64,000 nt of DNA from Calditrichia bacterium (GTDB lineage: Bacteria; Calditrichota; Calditrichia; JAJRVZ01): the NCBI GenBank assembly GCA_963777955.1, contig CAVZSQ010000022.1, positions 256,001-320,000 on the forward strand. The letters run 5' to 3'. The notes under the pieces are model-generated. The model was not told the DNA's origin, searched no databases, and was given only the letters and a program-made list of their open reading frames with translations. A program made the position numbers and the translations under genes. Positions 45,755-55,766 of the stretch are shown piece by piece (within the stretch, counting starts at the first letter, position 1; every line of letters starts with the position of its first letter).

Positions 45755-46156
45755 TTATACTCCTTGAAGCAGAATACCACACTGAGCAATTATTTACTTG
45801 AGATACAGGATGTATATGATATGCACGGGAACGCGGTATGATCAGACAATGATAAACCGATCAAGGTAATGTGACCCGGGATAATCCGGGATAAGGGAAA
45901 ATAACCAGGAGCAGGCATAATGTCAACACGGCCATTCCAGGGGCAGGCCATTTATCACTCAAATGAGGTAAAGCAAATCGGAGGAAAACACCCTTCTGCT
46001 TTTAGTGCCTTTCTTTGTCACTTTTTTTATTGCTATAATACATCCGTATTTCCATATTGTGGTTGTTCCTGGTGGTGATTGTAGATGAAATTATGACTGT
46101 CAGAATTTATTCTGGACAATCCGGTCTTAACCAGGAAGTATAAAAGAGAAAAAACC

Positions 46157-47696
46157 ATGGAAAAAATAGAAAATTGCATCATCGTCATCTTTGGTGCTAC
46201 CGGGGATCTGACTAAACGAAAACTTATGCCAGCCCTGTTCAACCTGTTTCAAAACAAACTACTGCCGGATAATTTTGCCGTGCTGGGCATTGGTCAGACC
46301 GCCCACACTGACGAATCATTCCGTGATAAAATGACGGAAAGTATCAATCCCTTTCTCAAAAGCAATCAGGTGGAAAAAGGTGATCTTACTGATTTCTTAA
46401 AACATCTTTACTACCAGAGTATGGATAGCACAGCAATGGCTAGTTATCCACTATTAAAACAGCGTCTGGTACAAATCGATCAACAGGTACAGGCCAATGG
46501 CAATTATATTTACTACCTGGCTACCTTTCCAAATCACTTCGAAATCATCGCCCGCCATTTGGGTCAACAGGGCTTGCAAAAACAGGGTAAAGGTTTTGGC
46601 TGGAAACGCATTGTATTTGAAAAACCGTTTGGTTACGATCTGTCTTCTGCTCAAATCCTGAACCGGCAGATCCAGCGTATATTCCATGAAGAACATATTT
46701 ACCGCATCGATCACTATTTAGGCAAAGAGACTGTACAGAATATACTGGCTTTTCGTTTCGCCAACGGGATTTTTGAGCCGTTGTGGAACCGGAATTATAT
46801 CCACCATGTGGAATTGACCGCTGCCGAAGATATCGGCGTGGAAAATCGCGGTCGTTACTACGATAATGCCGGAGCACTTGCGTGATATGGTGCAAAACCA
46901 CCTGCTGCAACTAATGGCCACTATTGCCATGGAACCGCCGGCTAAATTTGAGGCTACCACCATTCGCAATGAAAAGGTAAAGGTCTTCCAATCCCTTTGT
47001 CCGATCCATCCGGATGATGTGGCCAAACGTGTGATCCGTGGCCAGTATCTCGCCTCGACCATCCGCGGAGCAAAAGTAAATGGTTATCGCGATGAAAATA
47101 ACGTCTCTGCTGAGTCCAAGACCGAAACCTTTGTGGCTATGAAGTTTGGTATCGACAACTGGCGCTGGGGTGGCGTGCCCTTTTATATTCGCACGGGCAA
47201 ACGTCTGCCCACCCGGGTAACGGAGATTGTGATCCATTTCAAAAAAACTCCCCATTATCTGTTTACCCGTGAATTGATGGTGGATATTCCGGCCAACCAG
47301 TTGATTCTGCGCATCCAGCCCGATGAGGGTATTCTTTTAAAATTCGGAATGAAAATGCCGGGCGCCGGTTTTCAGATCAAAACGGTCAATATGGATTTTC
47401 ATTATTCCGATCTGGGCAATAATACCCCCCTGCCCGATGCGTACCAGAGATTATTGCTGGATTGTATTCTTGGTGACCCGCTGCTCTATGCCCGCGGCGA
47501 TGCGGTCGAAGCCTGCTGGTCGTTCTTAATGCCGGTATTGCAGGCCTGGCAGAATAATCCGGATATCAAACTTTACGGTTATCCGGCCGGCACCTGGGGA
47601 CCAATTGAAGCCAATACATTATTTAGCGAACCGGGAGTAGAATGGCGGTATCCCTGTAAAAACCTGGCCCAGGATGGAGAATACTGCGAATTATGA
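46157..47696 (+). CDS. zwf: Glucose-6-phosphate 1-dehydrogenase; split by a +1 insertion (~46878)
   Basis: IFGATGDL, EKPFG, RIDHYLGKETVQN, GALRDMVQNH after correction, GVPFYIRTGK, RIQPDEG. Confidence 0.96.
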
Positions 47697-48431
47697 AGCC
47701 CCAGATAAAAATTTTTCATAACGATATCGAAATGGCCGATAAATTAGCCAATGAACTTCAGGGGGCCATGGAGCAGATTAAAAAGCAAACAACAGTACTT
47801 TTATCTGGCGCTATCAGGAGGCAATACACCGATTACATTCTATAAACGGTTGGCCCAGGTCCCTTACCAGACAGCAGGTTGCCTGGAGTTGTCTGCATCT
47901 TTTCTGGGTGGATGAACGCTGCGTGCCGGCGGATCATCCGCAGAGCAATTATGGCCTGGCCCGCTATAACCTGCTGGCACATGTGAATGTACCCGAAAAA
48001 AATATTCACCGCTTGCGCGGCGAAGCAGATCCGGCAACGGAGGCAAGCAGATATGCCGGGGAAATAAAAAATACGCTCCCTGCAACCGGTCATGCGCTGG
48101 CCACGGTTCGATTGGATACTGCTGGGATTAGGCAGCGATGGCCATACCGCCTCACTTTTTCCGGGTTCACCTGTATTAAAGGAAAAAAATGCTCTTTGCG
48201 CGGTGGCAGTTCAGCCGGACAGCGATCAACAACGGATCACTTTTACCCTGCCGCTGATCAATCATGCCCGGCGCATTACATTTTTAGTGACCGGGGAAAG
48301 CAAAGCCGGCTATGGTGGCCGGTATCTTAAAGCGGACCACAGCATGCCGGCAATTACCGGCAGCTCAGGTGCAGCCTGAGCACGGGTTTGTAGAATGGTA
48401 TCTGGATTCAATGGCCGCGGCGATGATTTGA
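47693..48431 (+). CDS. pgl: 6-phosphogluconolactonase; four apparent +1 insertions
   Basis: ATGA overlap with the zwf stop; motifs across frames LALSGGNTP, FWVDERCVP..HPQSNY, FDWILLGLGSDGHTASLFP, RITFTLPLIN, LPAAQV, WYLD; TGA 48431. Confidence 0.9.
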
Positions 48432-48466
48432 TCGATTTTCTGGGATATTCTACTACAACAATAAAT

Positions 48467-48556
48467 TGTCACGCAGGGACAAATGAAAATAGCCCACCAA
48501 TTTATTGGTGGGAAAGGTGAAATATAGAAATCATTCCGTCCTGTAGGGACGGTCGA
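48467..48556 (+). repeat. REP-like double-hairpin block 3' of tnpA
   Basis: GTCACGCAGGGAC-AAATGAAAATAG-CCCACCAATTTATTGGTGGG (48493-48512) ... CCGTCCTGTAGGGACGG (48536-48552). Confidence 0.85.
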
Positions 48557-48562
48557 AACATT

Positions 48563-49015
48563 TTATCCCCATATATACCTTTCATCATATTCAATGTTGT
48601 GTTTTTTTAAAAATGCAATGTATTCCTCCTTAAATGACATTGTTCTATGATGTTTATTCTGCGTATTTATGTAAGAAATTGTATTTGCCAGATGAGACAC
48701 ACTTATACTAAAAGCGCCATATCCTTCCTGCCAGTTAAAATCTTTAAAATTTGGATATGTCTCATGAACCCATTTTGAAGCGCCGCCTTTGATTAATTGA
48801 ATGGCTTTCGCAACGGAAAGGGTTGTGGGCATTGATAGCAGAAGATGGACATGGTCTTCGACTCCACCGATGGCCAGTGCTTTCATATTGTTTTCGCGAG
48901 CGATTCCACCCATGTATGCCCATAATCGCTCCTGCAAATCAGATGAAATTATTTTTTTATGATATTTTGTACTGAAAATGTAATGGATTACAATATTGGT
49001 ATATGTATTGGCCAT
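48563..49015 (-). CDS. tnpA: IS200/IS605-family (Y1 HUH) transposase, RAYT-like
   Basis: HYIFSTK, DHVHLL (HUH), WQEGYGAFS, YINTQNKHH (catalytic Tyr); intact 150-aa frame. Confidence 0.93.
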   Translation of the reverse strand: MANTYTNIVIHYIFSTKYHKKIISSDLQERLWAYMGGIARENNMKALAIGGVEDHVHLLLSMPTTLSVAKAIQLIKGGASKWVHETYPNFKDFNWQEGYGAFSISVSHLANTISYINTQNKHHRTMSFKEEYIAFLKKHNIEYDERYIWG

Positions 49016-49052
49016 ATGTTTGCTCTATTATTATTACATTTTACATTCATGC

Positions 49053-49648
49053 GTCCCTATGGGACTGTAAATATAAGGCAATATTCGTGCCTAATTACCC
49101 ACCAATAAATTGGTGGGCTATTATCAACAATCCCCTGCGGGATTGCGGGATTGAATGCATTATTTCGTTCCCACCAATGAATTGGCGGGCTATTATTCAA
49201 CAATCCCTACGGGATTGGGGGGGGATGCATCATTTCGTTCCCACCAATAAATTGGTGGGCTATTTTCAGCAATCCCTGCGGGATTGGGGGGTGGTGAATG
49301 CATAATTTCGTTCCCACCAATAAATTGGTGGGCTATTTTCAACCATCCCTACGGGATTGCGGGGTTGAATGCATAATTTCGTTCCCACCAATAAATTGGT
49401 GGGCTATCTGTCGGCAATCCCTACGGGATTGGGGGGGTGAATGCATAATTTCATTCCCACCAATAAATTGGTGGGCTATTATCAACAATCCCTGCGGGAT
49501 TGCGGGATTGAATGCATTATTTCGTTCCCACCAATAAATTGGTGGGCTATTTTCAACAATCCCTACGGGATTGGGGCGAATGCATTATTTCGTTCCCACC
49601 AATAAATTGGTGGGCTATTATCATTGAATCCCTATGGGATTCAATGAT
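49053..49648 (-). repeat. Tandem array of eight ~71-bp double-hairpin units upstream of tnpA
   Basis: CCCACCAATAAATTGGTGGG (two substitutions in copy 2) starts at 49098, 49170, 49240, 49313, 49384, 49456, 49527 and 49595, each followed by CTAT, a CAATCCCT(A/G)CGGGATTG-type hairpin and (units 1-7) ATGCAT...TTC(G/A)TT. Confidence 0.95.
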
Positions 49649-49700
49649 TGAAATCAAATCCGGAGTCAATTTTAAAAATAATTTTAAGTAATAATAGAAC

Positions 49701-49919
49701 CGTTCTGCGGGGTAGATGAGAGTAGCCTATCAATTTATTGATCGGGAACAGGAAATTAAAAAATTGTTCCGCTGGGACGGATGAGAATGGCCAATCAATT
49801 TATTGGTGGGGAACAGGAAATGAAAAATTGTCCCGCAGGGACGGATGAAAATAGCCCGCCAATTTATTGGCGGGGAAATGTAGAATAACAAAACGATTCC
49901 GTCCCGTAGGGACGGTTGA
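49701..49919 (+). repeat. Three progressively degenerate ~65-bp double-hairpin units, inverted relative to the main array
   Basis: Hairpin-A variants at 49726, 49791 and 49855; hairpin-B variants including GTCCCGCAGGGAC (49830) and CCGTCCCGTAGGGACGG (49899). Confidence 0.85.
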
Positions 49920-49933
49920 GAGAAAATATAGGG

Positions 49934-52900
49934 TTATTTAATCACCACCATTTTCCGTGTCTGCGTCTCTTGCTCCTTTCGTACCATCACCTGCAGCAAA
50001 CTGAATTCGATATATATAAATCCCGCTGGCCAGATCACCGGCATTGAATTCAACCTTGTAAGTCCCGGCCGGTTGAGTATTGCTGATTCACCAGTTCGCG
50101 CACCTGCTGACCCAATATATTGTAAACAACCAGATTTACTCTTCCTGCTCTGGGCAGGAGATATTCAATTCGCGTAACGGCATTAAAAGGATTGGGATAA
50201 TTTTGCTTCAGCACAAAATGATCCGGTAAGGGAGGCTCCGGATTGGAAACCGTATCGGTGGTGCGATTGGCACGCCCCGGTGATCCGCCGTACAGTACCG
50301 AGTGGCCCCAATTTTTGGGATTGTTATGATTTTCAGTGGGATCGATCAGTTCCAGACTATAACCGTCTCCGTTAGTTTTATCCGGCCAGGGTGCTGTGCT
50401 GCTGTAGGCTACACTGTCTACCACATTCCCAACAGAAGTGAACAAGCGGACTTGATCCATATCCCCAAAACCAAAAGATATCTCGCCGGCATAATTGTTC
50501 ACTCCGGGATAGACCTGGTGAAAACTGGCGCTGTCGGCACAAAGCACCAAAAATCCTCTGGCCGGGATGATCGTTCCTGCCTGGATTTGAAATACATGAG
50601 CATCATTGTTGTCTTTGAGCAGCCAATTAGAAATATCCTGTTCTATGGGTTGTGGATTGTATAATTCAATCCAGTCTTTGGAATCCAGATCGGCCGGCGC
50701 ATTGTGCATGATCTCGTTGATCACCACCGCACCGGCATTAATCACGCTGGAGTCCGCCCGGCCCATGTTGGTGCCGCGCAGGCCCATTTGAATTCCCGGA
50801 GAACCGGGCGACAGATAATAATAATCATCAAACTGGGGCACCCCGGTGATGCAATTTGCGGAAGTATCGTAATCCGCATCATTGGTCATTGAGTACGAAA
50901 TCTCCAGCGCTCCGGGTAATGGTGCCTGGGTAGTAAGCAGATAATTCCAGATGTTATCGTCGTTATTATAAAGTATGGTATTCGTGACATTCATATAGCA
51001 GCGGTAACTGTTGGTGTAACTGTCGCCGATACGCAGGCCGACATTATTCCCGACCGCAACACAGTGATCGATGAGTACGATCGGTCCCTGGCTGATTCCG
51101 GATTCGGTCCAGCCGGCCTCGAAGCCCTGATCGTTGTTCAGAGCCACTGTATTGAAAATTTTGACAGTATCCTGTCCGGAAGCGGCCACCCCTTCGTGAA
51201 TGAAATCTTCCAGCCAGCAGTTGGAAATGCGCAGCCGCGAGCCGTGATGATCGATGGCATCATCCTTACCGGTAACAAAATAACAGCGGTCGATGACGGA
51301 ATATTGCGGATATTGCGGACTGACATAATCGATATGAAAACCATCGGTATCGATATCCTCGGTAAAAATATGATCGTCGTTGGGCAAGTTGAGCAGGTGA
51401 CTGTTCTGACAAAACAACAGCGAGCGATGGAATTCACCGCCGTGCCAGACAAACGCCGTCACCGAATTGGTCACGGTCACTTTACTATCCTGTGCACCAA
51501 ATACTTTTCCGGGGGAATACATGAAGAAACAATTATCAAATGAGAATTCCGAATTCTCCTGGCCAAAAAAGATATGCTGGTGTCCGGTATGCCAGTCTTC
51601 GGAGGTGGGATGCCCCTGGGACATGTCTCCGCCGCCATTCAGCACGAAACAGTATTTAAAGTCAGCAATGCCGTTCTGAAATTCCATTCCGCCCCACGGC
51701 TCGGACCAGTTATCTGAAGTGATAACCACCGGTTCGTCTGCAGTACCTTCCACCGTAATCCGGCCCTGTACATAAAAATTAACATATTTTTGTACAATGA
51801 CCCAGGTGCCGGGCTTGACGATCAGGTTACAACCGGCAGGAATGGTGAGATGCCCGGTAATCAACCGGTCAGCACTGTCATCCCAGATTATATCACCGCT
51901 TGAGAGTTCACCGGAGTAACTGATAACCGGTACGGCTGAGACAGCAATTTCCTTTTGGATGACCGGAACATTGGCATTTTGAGCGGAGAGGATAAAAGTG
52001 GAATTTGAACTGTTGATCTGTACTACTCCTGTTCCTGCGCCGCGTTTGATTTGAAGACTGCTATCGCTGCGCACCCCTCCGAAACCGATCTGCATGGGTG
52101 TTTGCTCGATAGGATTGATCTGCCAGTTCATATCGCGCACGCGAACCACCACCGGTAAATACTGTCCGGATTTAATACGGGCATGGTGCAATCAGTTCGG
52201 CATTGATTTCTCCCAGCTGGGTAAATACGGCTGATAAGGATCTGTCACTGTTTAAATCCAGAGTAATGGTTTCTTCGGCAGGTAATAGAGGATCCGACCA
52301 GCCGGTGAAACGGTAACCGGGATCGGGAATGGCTGTAATGGTAACCGGAATATTCTGAAAGTATGTGCCGGACCATGGATATTGATCAGCGACTATACTA
52401 TTAATTTTAATTTTTCCGGTTCCTCCGGTAATATCAACGGTCAATCCGGCCTGGCCGGCAAGTTGGAAATAATTCTGAATTTGCTGACGGACAATAGCCG
52501 GCCGCTGTTGGGCAAAACTTCGCAGCAGCTCGACATTCTCTTCCCATTTGGTCACCGTGTTATTCCATTTATCGACTTCTGCCGGAATATCCGCTGCGAT
52601 ATTCATGAGCCAGTGAATCGATGATCGCCTCCATATTTTCGGAACTGAAGCGTGGTATTAAATAAATCGGCCAGGCGATTGATAAAGCGGATCTTGAATG
52701 ATTGATTCTGCAGCATTTTTTTGGTGATCATGTTATCGAAAGAAATCCCCAGGGGATTGTATTGATTGGTGAATCCGTTCCAGTTTACATTGCTGTAAGA
52801 GCGGTCGGCATCCCAGATAGTCCATTCCCATACAGCCCCGGCAAGTTTATTCCTGAACATGAAGGTACCGTACGCCCAGCCCTGAAATTCGACGGCATGC

Positions 52901-54378
52901 ATCAGGGCCTGTAAGGTTATAAAATTATCCAGATCCATATACTGCGCAGCTTCGTTGATTTTGGCATCACTGCTGAAGGTATTGTTCTGAAAGAAGCTGA
53001 TTAACTCCTCCCATTCATCTTTCACTCCATAGACCAGTTGAGTCGAATCCCAGCGCGTGCGCACCAGGTCAATATCGCCGTAACCCAGGTGATCCATCAC
53101 GAAGTTTTCATCGATACTCTGTTTGATATCGTAAATACCGTGAAAGCCGTCATTAAGGTACATAACAGCAAAACTGCTTTGTGCGGTGAGATAACCTGTC
53201 TGGCGCCACAACTCGGTTACCAGCGGATCGCGCAGCAGGGTGGCCTGGTCATTTTTTCCAGAAACGGTCGGTTCCATGCTGTCATCATAACCGGAACGCA
53301 AAACCAGGCGGTCGAAGACTTGTATGGAATCACGTGGAAAAAGATTATAATTCAAATGAGCCCGGCCGAAGCCTTCACGGAAATATGCCCGGAAAGATTT
53401 TTTATCATATTCGGTCGGACCGGTGTTGCCCTGGATGCGGATACCGCAGGGCATATAAAACTGCAGATCCTGATCTTTAAAGTATTCCAGTTCAGCGAAG
53501 CGTTCCCAGGCCCGGCCGTCGTAGTCATGGACATATATACCTGTTTCCGGATCGTATAAATTATCAGGATCGGTCATTAAAGCCAGCACCGGCAATTCAT
53601 GAGCGGTATCGATAAAGAAGGCTTGACTGGCAATCTGGCTGGGCAGGGCCGCGGGATTAATCGTGCGTGCTTTGAGGATTACGGTTTGGCTGACCGGGAT
53701 GGCCTGACTGTACAGGGCAGAATTTTCGTCGGGATCCTCGCCGTCAAGCGTGTACCTGATTTGATCTCCAACCTGGGCGGGTTGCATGGTGATATTTAAA
53801 CCGGATGTATAAAAACCTGCATCCTGCTCTATGACCGGAGAGAAGGTGAAATTAGTGTAACCGTTGTTATTAGCCTCAGCGGGTGTAATTTCGGTTTGAT
53901 AATACCAGGAACCGCTACCGTCGGGATAACGGGCATAAGAGATATCGCGGAATTGATCCTGGTAGGAAATACCGTCGATAATGGTAACGCCGTCAGCATT
54001 CAGCAAAAAAATCTGTTCGCTGTCTTTATCCAGTTTAAAACCGAGATGATCGGCGCCGAGTTCGGGTTTATTATCGGCGCAGAAAACCAGAAAACCGTTG
54101 GCCGGCACGGTTGTTTTAGCCGGTTGACCGGTTGGTATTTGCCAGTAAGTTGCGGCCTGCAGATCATCGGTCATATAATAACCGGCCAGGTCCACGGGAG
54201 AATCGCCGGAGTTATAAATTTCAATCCAGTCTTCATAATCACCATTCGCGTTTTCATGGGAAAGAACGTTGGAGACCATGAATTCGTTGATGAACAGGTT
54301 GGAAGTATCTTGGGAATTAGCAGTAGCAATTAAACCGGATAAAAATATCAATGATAATGAAAGAAGTGATTTAATCAT
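49934..54378 (-). CDS. Large secreted protein: lamin-tail domain, Fn3-associated domain, CotH kinase-like domain, beta-helix, second lamin-tail domain and NYPNPFN sorting domain; several +1 insertions
   Basis: Signal peptide; INEFM...DWIEIYN, IRYTLDGEDP, CotH-like KKSFRAYF/LRDP/WDAD, DTDGFHID/DDAIDH beta-helix, INEIM...DWIELYN, QNYPNPFN...RKMVVIK-stop 49934. ORFs 52603-54378, 52172-52606 and 50050-52191 join. Confidence 0.82.
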
Positions 54379-54600
54379 ATTTTCATGCCTATGAAATTCT
54401 GAATCAATTGCTCAATCTTAATGAATTAAATTAAGCGTACCTCGTCTGGTACTGAAATCGATTACTAAAGGTGTCTTAATTAAAAGATAATGTTAAAACA
54501 GGGGAAATACTACTGTTTTTATAAATTAATATTTGATTTTCTTATTATGTGAACTATTTATACAATAATGAATGTAAATCTGACTTATCGCAGCAGGTAT

Positions 54601-54690
54601 GTGTAGGGACAATCCTAGGATTGTCCCTACTTCACATTTTTTTCAGTTATTGTTTATTCAGTAGGGACAGGTCGCGACCTGTCCCTACAC
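54601..54690. repeat. Doublet of GTAG-type REP palindromes
   Basis: Perfect 28-bp palindromes GTAGGGACAATCCTAGGATTGTCCCTAC (54603-54630) and GTAGGGACAGGTCGCGACCTGTCCCTAC (54661-54688). Confidence 0.88.
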
Positions 54691-54727
54691 ACCAATTATT
54701 GTGTCTGGCTCCAGGGATGATAATATT

Positions 54728-55486
54728 TTATCGAAGACCCCCGTTACTGTAGAGTCAGCTGACCGTTAATCCAGCCGCCTTCTTTGGAACTACAAAAATC
54801 TGACCAGGTTGGCACAATCCTGCGGCATACCGACACGCCCGGACAGGGTTCTTTGCTTGACTGCGGCCATGAGTTCCCTCTGACATCCAGCCGGTGTCGG
54901 TTGCACCGGGATTGATGACATTCGCGGTAATGCCTTTTGTTCTGAACTCACGGGCCGCTGCCAGTACAATACGATCCATGGCGCCCTTGCTGGCGCCATA
55001 AGGCAGATTACCGGCGGTATGATCGCTGGTGATGGCGATGATCCGCCCGGTTCCGGGTTCACTGCTAAACCGCCGGCCAAACTCCTTAACCAGCAGCCAG
55101 GTAGCCCGGGCATTTACCGCAAAGTGCAAATCAAAACTTTCGACACTGGTACTTAGAATGTCGGAATCGACTGAGTGGCAATGTGACATGACCAGAGCGC
55201 TGATTGCACCTAGATCGTATTCTGCGGAATCAAATATTCTTGCAGGCGACTCGATCAGTGACAGGTCAGTTTCTATGGCAGTGGTTTTAGCACCAAAACT
55301 TTTTAATTTTGCCTGTAGTAAAGTAATTTCTTCCGCGTTGCTGCCCCAGGGCATGGCAGCATCGTAAGGACGCCAGTAAGTAAGACCAACATTCCAGCCG
55401 GATTCGGCCAGTGCTGCTGCAATAGAAGCACCGATTCCTATGGCGCGACTGGCACCGGTTACCAGAGCTACGGGACGTTGTGGCAT
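54728..55486 (-). CDS. Short-chain dehydrogenase/reductase; three +1 insertions in the 3' third
   Basis: LVTGASR..GIG, YGASK, NVINPGATDTGW; corrected end GRVGMPQD.ANLV.FL.S.EGGWINGQLLYSNGGLR-stop 54728. Confidence 0.88.
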
Positions 55487-55551
55487 AAACTATAACTCCA
55501 TTTTTAGGGATAAATTACTTCGGGGATATCGTTTTGGAAAGCTTTAATTAT

Positions 55552-55758
55552 TAAGGGGAAAGGGTAATGGGTAAGGGATAAAGGTTAAAGGCCAAAGGCA
55601 AAGATTTTCTTTATTCATTATCCTTTTGCCTTCGGCCTTAATAAAGATTCCCGCCTATGCTACAATCAAGCAAGGCATACGATCGGCGGGAATGACACTT
55701 TGTCTCTATGTCCTTAGTCTCTCTTTACTAAGTGCCTTTAGTGCCTCAGTGCCTTAAT
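55552..55758. repeat. Composite intergenic repeat patch: 7-mer tandem block with inverted partner, GATTCCCGCC...GGCGGGAATGAC hairpin, 8-mer tandem block
   Basis: taagggg aaagggt aatgggt aagggat aaaggtt aaaggcc aaaggca (55552-55600); hairpin 55646-55696; agtgcctt-type octamers 55707-55758. Confidence 0.7.
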
Positions 55759-55766
55759 CTTTAATC

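Larger units (their letters stand above)
48467..49919. mobile_element. REPtron-like locus: Y1 HUH tnpA flanked by inverted double-hairpin repeat blocks
   Basis: Hairpin block 48467-48556, tnpA, 8-unit array in the opposite orientation, then a 3-unit block. 48467-48556 and 49829-49919 are imperfect direct repeats. No tnpB. Confidence 0.75.

Noticed and set aside
45797..45900. TPP riboswitch-like segment (TGACCCGGGATAATCCGGGGATAAGGGAA)
   Set aside because: Lacks the CCU strand of P4 and a properly placed UGAGA/P2 region; no thiamine genes adjacent. An Rfam scan would settle it.
46860..48431. Programmed frameshifting or true pseudogenes in zwf and pgl
   Set aside because: No consistent slippery sites, motifs otherwise intact, and the same +1 pattern occurs throughout the window.
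49003..49537. ORFs with repeated PPINWWAI peptides
   Set aside because: Translations of the DNA repeat array; frames shift between units and there is no RBS.
49098..49648. CRISPR array
   Set aside because: Sequences between the palindromes are near-identical rather than unique spacers, and no cas genes are in the window.
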